Of a stretch of 53,029 bases of DNA, positions 13,311-24,276 are shown in pieces. Source of the stretch: Bigelowiella natans CCMP2755 (Eukaryota; Protista; Cercozoa); NCBI GenBank assembly GCA_000320545.1, contig ADNK01001245.1, positions 1 through 53,029 on the forward strand. The letters run 5' to 3'. Made by a program: the position numbers and the translations under genes. The notes under the pieces were generated by a model. The model was not told where the DNA came from. It did not search any database and was given only the letters and a program-made list of their open reading frames with translations. How positions within the stretch are numbered: the stretch's first letter is position 1; every line of letters begins with the position of its first letter.

Positions 13311-16300
13311 GGCGAGTGCTTACATTTCTTTTTCTCATTAGATCACAAGTACAATGAGGCAATAGGCTGCTACTCCAAAGCAATCGAAGCTGATGGAGCC
13401 AACCCGGTTTTTTACTCGAACAGGTCAAATCATTTCGATGCGAGATCTTAAATATTTCCTTTTTGGGGGAGAATATTTCTTTAATGCTTTCCACTTTGTA
13501 ACCACCTCCATACCACTCTTCAGATCAATCTGCCACATCCATCTGGAAAATTTCGGCCTTGCTATTGCAGACGCAAAGAAGGGAATTGAAATAAATTCTA
13601 AGTACATAAAGGTTACTGCTCCTCCACTTTTATGTATGTATGTGAGTGTTCTTTATCTTTCGATTTCGCTCTCTCCCTCCTCTCTATCTGTGCAAAGGAA
13701 GTGGTGATGAGAGTGCTTACATGATCACATTGATCAAATTCCTCCCTCTCCTTTTTGCATCTCAATCAATCAATCAACCAAACTCATCAGAGCTACTTTC
13801 GACTTGGCACTGCACACGCGGGTCTCGGCAAATACAAGCTTGCTATGGGAGATTTTAAACAGGTGTGGTGAGGCTGAAGGCTTTCAATAAATTCTCACCC
13901 AAAAAACGATTTTTGTGATGTGCTGCAGTTTACTTATTCGTGTGAAATTGAATGAAGAGATGAGCATGTCTGACGTACAATTCTCATAAACACAAAGGTT
14001 TTGAAAATCAAGCCGAAGGATAAGAAGGCACTCAAGAGTTTGAAGGTTGTTGTTGTAATCGGTGAATGATCGTTTACGGCGTGCACGATGATGACGATGA
14101 TGATGATGATGATGGATAATGAAGATGGTAATAATGAGATGGGGGATGGTGCTCAACTTGTCGTCATTCATCTCAAATTTTACGACACACCAGGAGTGTC
14201 AAAAAGCGTGGCGAGAAGAGCAATTTGCCAAGGCAATTCAAAGGTGGTAGTTACTACTCATGTACATGTATTGTAAACGAAACATCTCCCCATCATCATC
14301 ATCATCTTAGAATTTGGTATTGTGGATATTTGCTGCTTTTGATGTTCAAATGCTCGTAGTGACGATTCGAAGCCGCCCAGTGAGACAGTCGCTATCGACG
14401 ATATCAGTAATGTTTGACAGGAACAGCAATAAATAACGAAGGGGGGAGGGGTGGACAGGAAATGACAGCAATATTACTGCAATATTACAGCTCAGTGTTG
14501 ATAACAAATCAATCCGAGTTTATACGATCAGACTGGTGCTATCATCTTATGCAAAATTCAATTTTATTCTCGTAATTAGTTGCCAATAATGTGGTAAAAA
14601 TTATGCTGTTTGAAATCTTATCAACATCTAATAATCTGGCGATATAATTAATCAGCGGTTCCCAGCGACTACCAAGGACCCCATTTACCGAAGGATGGTG
14701 TGTAGCAGTGTGTGTGTACTAGCACCATATAAGTTTATTCGATTTACAATATCTTAGTCGTAATCATCATCATCATCAGCATCATCATCATCAGCATCAT
14801 CATTTTGGTGTTGGTATATAATGCAGGACCTGACACTAAATTCCTCAAGGATATGACTAGTTTCCTTCGCGACCAGAAGGATTTGCATAGAAAGTAGTAG
14901 TCGTTTACATGGGCAGAATTTGATGGTGATGATGATTTGATTTGACGATGGTGGTGGTGCTTAGAGCAACCGAATTTTTGGCTTCTTCAAATCTAAGTCG
15001 CTTCACATACGATGCAAATATGTTAATTTCTAGTCTATTACATCTTGGCGACTAGCGATAGGACGAGATGTGTTTGTCTACGTTTGACGTTTTTTGCGTG
15101 GGTGTGCGTGCATTGATATTGTTTGTTTGTACAGGTATGTATATCAGATACTTAAACGAGTCATCGCATTATTCAAGGTGCTCTGTGCATCATCATCATA
15201 TGTGCCTGAATAAACCCCACTGTCTGATTTGAATTTGATTCGCTAGAGATTGTTTTGAATATCCTTCTCGATCTCTTTTATGTGTTGTTTCTTCCTCATT
15301 ACGCTAATAATAGAAGCTTCCTTCGCTGGTGGATGTTCCTGTTCCCGAGGGCACTAAGGTGGGTCGACATTGCACTATTCGTTGTGTTTTTTGGTATTGT
15401 ATTCGAATGATGGCGGCGCGTCTTGAGATTGTGGCGGGATTCTTTCCTCTCAGGATCATATATAAATTTGCTGTTGTTGCTCGCATCGTCGTTTATGTAA
15501 CGAATTCGTGCTTGACTTACTACGTGCAGATTACTGTATGTGGAGACGTGCATGGGCAGTACTACGATGTCTTGAACATCTTTGAGAAGAACGGTTGTTG
15601 ATAATAACAACAACAACCACAACCACAACCACAACCACAACCACAACCGCAACTACACATGGAAAATAGGAATGGTTGTGGATAGCTATGACTTCACAAG
15701 GGAGGGGGAAAACCTGTTGGTTGTGCGTTAATTTGTTGTTTTTCCTTTTCCATTCCACCGAAGGATGGCCAAGCGAACAAAATCCTTATCTATTCAATGG
15801 TGATTTCGTCGACCGAGGATCTTTTGCTATTCCGGTATGGCTAGTAACATATGAAGGGGGAGGATACTGTCTCGTATCTTGTTTTTGAATTATCTGAGCA
15901 TTTGCATTGGTTATATTTGCTTCAATGATAAAGGTGATCATGACGTTCTTCGTTCTCAAGCTGATGTATCCGAAGCATTTCCATATGAGCCGTGGAAATC
16001 ACGAGACCATAACAATGAATCATATCTACGGCTTTGAGGTGCTCTTCTATTTGTTCCCTCTTCCTCTTTACTTGCCGCTAATATTACTGCATGCCATTGT
16101 TCTTGCTTCGCATAAATAAAGCCCATTTATCATCATGATCAGGGAGAAGTGTTAGCGAAGTACGACCGAACTTGTTTTCAGCTCTTCACGGAAGTGTTCA
16201 ATCTCTTACCTCTTGGGGTAGTAGCGGCCAAGCTTTCCGCTTCTTCGTGATGCGTGTTGTTTTGAGTAGTTGTCGCCTATTGTTTCTCATAATACACCTA

Positions 16301-17358
16301 CTTTGTTGATCTTTGTCCGCTAATATTCCTCTCGTTCCCACCATGTTCCCCTTTCTTGGCTTTCTCAATGATAATGCAATGTGTTGTTGTTGTTGTTGTT
16401 GTTGTCTTCTCTTTCTCGTTTAGCACGTGATAGAAAAGAAGGTGTTGGTGGTACATGGCGGGTTATTTTCTAAGGATAACGTAACTCTCGAGGACATTAG
16501 GAAGATCGATAGAAACCGCCAGCCTCCAGAATCCGGTCTCTGTTATGAAATTCTAATGCCGATGCCATCCTCTCACACACAATCTCTCCTCTCTCTAGTC
16601 TACTAAATGAGAAAGCTCTTCTTTCGATGAAATATGCCCGCCTTATTTTAAAACCCTATTCAATCAGTTTTATATTTTCTTCTTCGTTATTAATACTAGC
16701 ATTGCCGTCACTTTCATTTTAAGGCATCATGTGCGAGCTGATGTGGGCGGATCCCCAGCCTTTCAACGGTCGTGCTCCTAGCAAGCGTGGCGTTGGACTC
16801 TCCTTCGGGCCAGATGTCACAACGCGCTTCTTAGAAGAAAACAAGCTGAATCTGCTAGTTCGTTCCCATGAAGTCAAGCAAGAGGTCGACTTGTGGAAGT
16901 TATGCACAATAATACGTGAACAATGGAGATTATTGAGAGAAGGGAGGGTTACAGAAGCGGGGCTTGGAAAGAGCGTGTGCTCCGGATTGTCTCATTGATC
17001 TCGCATTTATACGTCTCTACCTTTTAATCGCCAGTCTCTTTTTGCAACCGCCATGATGTAAGTACATCCATTTTTGAAATGTGTGGAATATTATTGAAAG
17101 GGTTATGAAGTCGCGCACAATGGAAAGTGCATCACAGTATTTTCAGCTCCGAACTACGTCGATCAGATGGTACTGTATATTTAAATTTGAATTTGAGTAT
17201 CTTCAGTTGATTGAGTTTTTATTTTGGTGTGGTAGGGCAACAAAGCAGCATACATAACCTTTGAACATGACATGAAGCCTAAATTCACTCAATTTGAAGC
17301 TGTTCCGCACCCTCCTATACGTCCGATGGCGTATGCTCAAGGTTTCGGAATGATGTAA
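13032..17358 (+). CDS. PPP5C: Serine/threonine protein phosphatase 5 (TPR domain + PPP phosphatase), roughly 20 exons
   Basis: [27 protein letters not shown] and [29 protein letters not shown] (TPR); [13 protein letters not shown] (~15530), [12 protein letters not shown] (~15790), SRGNHE (~15990), [35 protein letters not shown]; C-terminus [21 protein letters not shown] (TAA 17356-17358). In-frame ATGs at 13032 and 13071. Confidence 0.95.
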
Positions 17359-18144
17359 ATGCTTCGACAAGAGGGTGACAATAAGTAGTAACTACGGGAT
17401 GATGCAGCTGTTGAATTTGTGTACTACGATTGACAAACTTGAAACAAAGTGAACTTTAAATCATTTTCTTTCTTCGCGAAAATATGATTCAAATCTGCGA
17501 CAAAGTTGACTGACATACGCAGTGCAAACAGTTCGCGTAGCGGCGCACGCGGTGTTTTTTTTGTCAACTTCAAACAGAAGCATTACATCGCTTCTGGTTG
17601 CATCAGACTGATGCTCATGAATCGCAAATGTAGATACTGATACAAACACTGTTGCTGTTCACTGTACTGCTGGAACAATGCATGACCACAGGCATCTTTG
17701 TTTGCTTGCCCGCAGCGTAGCGCGCGGCCAACTCGCATAGCACATGACAGTCCTTCAGTACTATGTATAGCGCTAAATGTTGCGGACACTCGCTATACAA
17801 TGCACACAAAACGACGAATGTTTCAGTACATGTGACTTCATTCGGTTCCCGTTTTCGCCCTATATGTCTGGGGTCCAACCGCCACATATCTCACTACATT
17901 GCTTTGCCAATAGCTCTAGGACACTACGGTGCATCTCCTGGCAGTTTTGCAGCCAACAAATTCTATTGCTGCATGTCGTCTATGTGTAGTACAGTGTATG
18001 TTGTGATTCGCACATCTAGCTAGGCGTCGCAGTGTTACGCCGTATATCTATTTCCATGCACAACCGCGTCAAATGTGTCACGCTCTGCAATGGTAGCTGC
18101 GAAAGCGAAAGTGACAAGAATATACTCACGAATGTTGAAAATAG

Positions 18145-18629
18145 TTAGATCTCAACAGCATTTTTCTCAATGGTTTTCTTAATGATATCCACGTGTTTTA
18201 CACTGCTTACCATGCATGTAATCGTAGCCTGTTCCGACATGTAGGTTATTGCAAAAAGTAGTAGTTTAATTTTTGCAAAAAAATAATTAGCAGTATACGG
18301 ACCTTTGCGTAGTAATTGCCGTCGGCGATCAAATTCTCTATCACATCGTCAAGCGGAATATCCCTTCCTATTTCCCTGCTTTAAGAAACCAGACGCACTC
18401 TTCAGCTTGAAAATATCGGGCAGGATGAAGGATAGGCATGAAGCGTTTTTGCCGGAAAGCACCACCACCTGCCCTTCGAGGAACCCAACACGTGCTGGAA
18501 ATGGATGTGAAGGTGCCAAAAGGTCGGATAATAATGAAATAGGCTATGACCTAAACAGGGTCAAATAGAGTTGACCCGAGTGGTTGACCCACGAAAAAGA
18601 GTTATAAGATAGATTAAAACGACGACCAA

Positions 18630-18692
<63 letters not shown>

Positions 18693-18973
18693 ACCTGTGA
18701 TGCTGGTAACGAGAACCTCTCATTTATCTCTAGCAAGATGTCTTCTCGCATTTTCTTCAGCACAGCAAAGTGTTCTTCTCTAAGGTCTCGTATGGGCTGT
18801 AGAGTTTTCCGTTCAATAGACTTATATTCAACCAGAACAATGAGCAAGCGCGTGAGTTGAGGGATATATAAAGTACTATGCAACTGCGATATGGATGATG
18901 AAGTTACTAGGCCGAGGAGATGCAATCCCTTCTTCTGTGACTTATCTTGCCATTTGTAATCGACGACACACAT
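18145..18973 (-). pseudogene. DCPS: 5'-truncated m7GpppX diphosphatase (scavenger decapping enzyme DcpS, HIT family), C-terminal half only, with a 1-nt frameshift before the HIT motif
   Basis: Exons read MCVVDYKWQDK...LHLLGL / SIERKTLQPIRDLREEHFAVLKKMREDI...FSLPASQ / VIAY(-1)HYYPTFWHLHIHFQHV / EIGRDIPLDDVIENLIADGNYYAK / ATITCM...EI*. The N-terminal DcpS domain is absent and is replaced by a copy of the neighbouring gene's exon. Confidence 0.75.
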
Positions 18974-19155
18974 CCTGCGAAAATGTGGGTCCGATTTTTT
19001 TTCAAATAACTGAATTTTCCCATCAGAAAAACAATGCCCCCTCCTTTAGCATGACATACTTTTCGACGAAGACGCTCGAAATTTCGTGGTTAACCATCAT
19101 CAAAGCCACGTCGTACAGCGGGCCATTCTTCATATTAGATAATCGAACAAACAAG
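18973..19155. repeat. 183-bp direct duplicate of 20268-20449 (intron-1 end, exon 2 and intron 2 of the CBS gene)
   Basis: tcctgcgaaaatgtggg...aatcgaacaaacaag is present twice. Three differences seen: one extra C in a C-run, ggccatt/ggtcatt, and attagat/attacat. Confidence 0.97.
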
Positions 19156-19805
19156 CTACTACCGCTACTACGACGACGCCCATTATCGTAGCGCCAGGCA
19201 TCCTAGGCAGGGAATTCGAGTTTGGTTTAGATGATCCGTGTTCTAGTGAGGAAACTTGTTCAGGGTAGGAAAGGGAGCAATATTAATGGGGGTGCAACAA
19301 CAGACTGCATCTTCCAGATCATGATGCCTCTCCGAGATCCGCGCATAGCCGCCGGAACGAACAAGGCATTGTATAGTCAATCGTAAGGGATTTATTTTAG
19401 CTTACTACTGTTAACTTATAGTTTTATTATTCGGCAGTGTACATAGATAGTCTATCATTAGTGTTCATTGCTCATCGAATGTCGCACATAAATGATCTAG
19501 TAGTGGTGATACTACGATGAGGAATGGTTGCGTGCATGCATACAGCATGGAGCACAAAACAATGCTGTTTCATCCCATCGTATATACGTACGCGGCGGGC
19601 GGCCTACATCCCACATCTAGATACCATCCATCGCATGCATTGTGTTCACTCGATCATAGCATCATCATCAATGTCAGAGTAGTGCGCAGCGCTAGCGGCC
19701 AGACGACACATGTCTAGATGCACTCGCCTGCTAAGCATAGGCACGCACTGTACGGTGTAATAACCATCAAGACATGCCGCTATGCTTACATGTGTGGTAC
19801 TTAAA

Positions 19806-20727
19806 TCATTCCACATTCAATGAGCTAGCAAGTGCGTTTGCAATGTCGATAGCTGATATCGAACCGGCAGGCTCGCCATCCTTCACGACTACGAGTTCGC
19901 TGGAAAAACAGAAGAATCACATTTTGATTTGCAAGATGCGTAAAATATCAGTCTTACGCAGTTCCTCTTTCGGAAAGAATGAGAAGAGCCTCGGAGAGCG
20001 TTGTGCTGACATCTACCTGTTAAAATTTTGAGAAATCTCAAGGTTATTTTTTGAATCTTTCTTAAAAAAACGTATTTTGTTCGTACGCATGTCGCACTGT
20101 CCTTCGATATGAAAGCATCTTCTACCGTTCCCATCTCAGGGTCCATCTTGGATTAAGAAATAACACTCAGCGAATTTAGGCCTCAGAATATGATTGTTTG
20201 ATTACCCCTCTTACGACACAGGCGTTGGTCAGGTCTCTTTCTCTAATTACTCCTATCCATTTTGAATTCCTGCGAAAATGTGGGTCCGATTTTTTTTCAA
20301 ATAACTGAATTTTCCCATCAGAAAAACAATGCCCCTCCTTTAGCATGACATACTTTTCGACGAAGACGCTCGAAATTTCGTGGTTAACCATCATCAAAGC
20401 CACGTCGTACAGCGGGTCATTCTTCATATTACATAATCGAACAAACAAGATCAAACCATACAACTCAGCGACGGTAAATACTCTTGAAAAGGCGAAATAA
20501 ATCAGAGAGTAGGTATTAATTACAAGTTCGACGGTGTGGATGAACGAGCCAGGGTCGATGAGGTCTTTACATGTGGTTTGGGTGAGCATGGAAAGGCCCG
20601 CAGACGGTGTCGAATCCGTTGAAAAGTATGACGTGGATGTCAAGTCACGAGCATGGACACAGGGATAGCGGGGAACACGCTTCCCGATGCTGCCCAGCCA
20701 CCTCACCTGGGCGCACACTCGCCTCAT
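19806..20727 (-). CDS. CBS-domain-pair (Bateman module) protein with a mitochondrial-type presequence, 6 exons
   Basis: MRRVCAQVRWLGSIGKRVPRY...RDLTSTSYFST (R/S/T-rich leader); CBS1 IHTVEL/NDPLYDVALMMVNHEISSVFVEK/NSKWIGVIRERDL; CBS2 VDVSTTLSEALLILSERGT/AELVVVKDGEPAGSISAIDIANALA...VE*. All introns are phase-consistent GT-AG. Confidence 0.85.
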
Positions 20728-21404
20728 TATTGCCCCTGCCTTGTACGTGTGAAAGGCTAAAAAGATTGTCGCAGGGTTAAAATGTAACATATTCACCATA
20801 GGTTTACACATTTTTTTAGTTTGGTCTAAAAACAGTATCTAAGACAGGCATAAGTACTAGTCGCAGATTATCCGGGATGTTACTATTTAATTTTCTTCTC
20901 GGACAGAGTTCATCGTGTTTGTTGTTGTTGTTGTTGTTCACATGTTCTACCACGAGCATTACTTTTTCGGATAACATTTATCGATCAACTTTCGAACAAG
21001 TAAACGTATGCACGTTCTCGTCGACATTATTGAGACATGATGTCTCGAAGAAAATTCGATGAGTTAACTCTGTTCTCACGGAAATCATCGTATGAAAATC
21101 TGCCTAATCAGTGTTTGCTGTTTAGCAATAAGTTATTATTGTTCGTTCACTCATTCGAACTATTCACTGTTCATCTCCCTGCACCCACCCCCGCAAACGG
21201 CAACCTTGTCCAGTTCTTCGTGTACAACCATCCATCAGGTTGCCTTTAGTTGTTCCTGTGAGGCAACAGAAGTCGGTTGTTCCAAGTCTTTGACGTAACA
21301 TCCCACCTGCTGAAAGAGAGGAGGGACATATCATCCTCGAGAGTTGTGCCACAAGCATTCTTCAACAGTAGAGCAGCGATACCTAGGCAGGTTAGTTCAA
21401 CACA

Positions 21405-22801
21405 ATGAACGCTCTTTTTGGAATCCGAAAGACAAAGATGGGACAAGACATCAAAGAAGAAGAAAATGTGGTCCGATTGCGACAATTCTTTGAAACAAAA
21501 GGACGAGAAGCGTGTAGCAAAGACTTCAAGTTTATAAAATCAATAGGCCAGGGCACTTTCGGGCACATACGTCTCGCAACATTAAATATTGATGGACAAC
21601 AAAGCCCATTCGCCTTGAAAATCCTGCGAAAATCTGAGGTTCTCCGCACAAAGCAGTTGGATCATGTATTAGAAGAAAAGGCCAATTTAATGGCGATGTC
21701 CCACAACTTCATCGTCAAGTTATTCCACACATTTAAAGACAAAGACAACTTGTACCTCGTTCTAGAATATGCAATTGGAGGAGATCTCTTCGGACACTTG
21801 CGAAAGAAGGGGAAATTGGATAACGAAACCTCTCGTTACTATGCTGCGGAGATCACTGTTGCATTAGCATATATGCACAGCAAGGTGAAGTGCAATCCCT
21901 TTCGATTCCTACTTCGCTGCTGACTTGTTTGTTTTCTTTTATTCATATATGCAGGGTATTGTTCATAGAGATGTTAAGCCAGAAAACATCCTCATAGACG
22001 GGAAGGGGCACTTAAAACTCACAGATTTGGGTTTTAGCAAAAAAATAGAAAACGGCAAGCGAACGTGGACACTCTGCGGCACTCCCGAATATCTGGCACC
22101 TGAGATTATACACAGCGTAGGTATCAATCATTTGTTTCCAAGCTATAAGAGAAGGGCATGAAATGATGATTCTGTCACTTGCATATTTCGATACCCCATT
22201 TCCGTAAACAAAGTAAGCTTTGCGATTAAGCAGATACTTGAAGAACGAACCCCTAGTTAAACGATAAATCCAAATATTTTTCCAGGTCACACGTTTGGGG
22301 TTGATTGGTGGGCTCTTGGAATCTTGATATTTGAGATGCTCGCGGGGTTCCCTCCATTTTACGATGAACAACCATTCAAAATATATCAGAAGATCTGTGT
22401 TGGTATTGGGAAAGTAGAGTTTCCGAAGAGCATAGATACAAAAGCACGAAGCCTTATAAAATCTCTCTTGGAGACGTATTACCCCAAGAGGTTGGGATGC
22501 CTCAAAAACGGTGGTTATGATGTTCGGAAGCACAAATGGTTCAAAGGGTAATTATCAAAAAACGAACTAATTTTAAACCAGCCTCTCACTGCGTGTCGTA
22601 CAACTTTTGATAATACGTTGTATTGATTACAGGTTAAAGTTCAAAAGGATCATCAATTTGGAGATACCCCCTCCTTACATCCCTAAAGTTGATTCTCCGA
22701 TTGATACGAGACATTTTAGCAGCGATGTGGAGGACAACATTGACGAAAAGGAGATTGTGGCTATTTCGCAACCTGAAGAGGAAAAATTTAACAGCTTCTG
22801 A
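21405..22801 (+). CDS. cAMP-dependent protein kinase catalytic subunit-like (AGC kinase), 4 exons
   Basis: [62 protein letters not shown] and C-terminal FxxF (KFNSF*). Introns about 21885-21954, 22121-22285 and 22549-22633. The start could be the MG at 21438. Confidence 0.93.
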
Positions 22802-23225
22802 ATTCTTCTAGGAATAATAAGATCCCCATCCATGAAGTGGCTATGTATTTAAATCTTGTGATAGGGAACGATAGCATGAACTGATAGATTCACAGCACAG
22901 CCATGTAGTTTTTACTTGCAGTCTCATAAAATTCAATGGGACAGATACAGGGCCTTACATTTTTTCTATTATAAACAATTCCAAGTTGAAGGAAAGGTAT
23001 ATATACGGATAAATTGAATTCAGGCGACTTCAGAACTACATGTAGACATATTATGACATGCGCACCGGTAGCGAATATTAAAGTTATGGTTTAAAAAAAA
23101 CGCGGTGAGATTATTCGTCGCTAATCGAACGGGCTAGCGACTCGAGTGTAGAGCATTATTCGCATGCACACGACTGTGTGCATCTGTTACATCATTGTGT
23201 AGCGAATGCAGTATCTACATTGCAC

Positions 23226-23585
23226 TAATTTAATTCATTACATCCGTCTTACATTGCACTAGTGCATGCTATAGCATGTCTAGATGCATCTAGATGATGT
23301 ACATGCGTCTAGACATATCAACTAGCTCGCGTCTTGGCCATACACTAGATACACACTAGATCATGCACTATGAGACGAGACGGATGTGATGAATTGATTG
23401 AATCTTTTTAATGGTTAATAATGTAGCTGTCTCTCTCTAAATCTGTGCAATGCAGCGGCTGCATATGTAGCGCTCATATGTTGCATCTGTTTGTTTCCAT
23501 TGTTGTCACGTGTTTCACAATGCGCTACATCATATGTGTGAGACGGTTGTAATGAATGAATTAATAAATTTGTTTAATGGTCACC
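23226..23585. repeat. Short dispersed repeat family (core AGACGGATGTRATGAATTRA); three copies here (one inverted) and one near 9511-9560
   Basis: Copies at 23254->23226 (minus) ATGTAAGACGGATGTAATGAATTAAATTA, 23376 CGAGACGGATGTGATGAATTGATTGA, 23536 GTGTGAGACGGTTGTAATGAATGAATTA and 9519 ATATGAGACGGATGTG. The copies at 23361 and 9511 share upstream TCATGCAC. Confidence 0.6.
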
Positions 23586-24276
23586 CTGATGTCTCTATCT
23601 AGCTATGTGATCTAGCTAGCCATGACGAGCTCTTTGAGCTAAGCTCAAATATTCTAGTATTGCCACATCTGTGCCGTCGCATCGTGAGATTGCGTGTGCG
23701 CGTACAGCAACAAGTATCTCAGGTATCACAGCGATCGCACGCCAAGCACATCGCATGCACATAAATGGTATAGTTGTCATCGCTCATGCGTACACTTAAT
23801 ATCAACAACTGAGTAATAAAAATGATGATGATTACATTGGACTTGTTCATGGAAAAAGGCGAGTTTCGCTACTACATGTAATTGTGCATCCACGTATGAA
23901 ATGCGTGTACATGCATACATGCAAAATTTATTTATGCACGAAACTGCACTTGGCTTATCAATAAGTGTTGTCTAGGTGCATGCTGCCTGTAAATGTATAG
24001 GATCTAATTGCACATACGTCTACATGCTGACTCACCTGTGTACAGTGCATTTGTTGTTATTGTTATGTGATCTTAAATGTAAATTTATAGTTTTCCTAAC
24101 GAGGTTCCCCGTATGTATCGGCAGCAAAACACCCACTCTTTGCAGCTGGTTGATTGGGTTCGTACACATGAGATGAATTTGTAATACTTTTTCGGATGCG
24201 TAGCTTCATCTGAACTGTATAATCGAGATATCGGACAGTTGTCGCACAACATCATATCCTGGCTGGCCAGAAGGAC

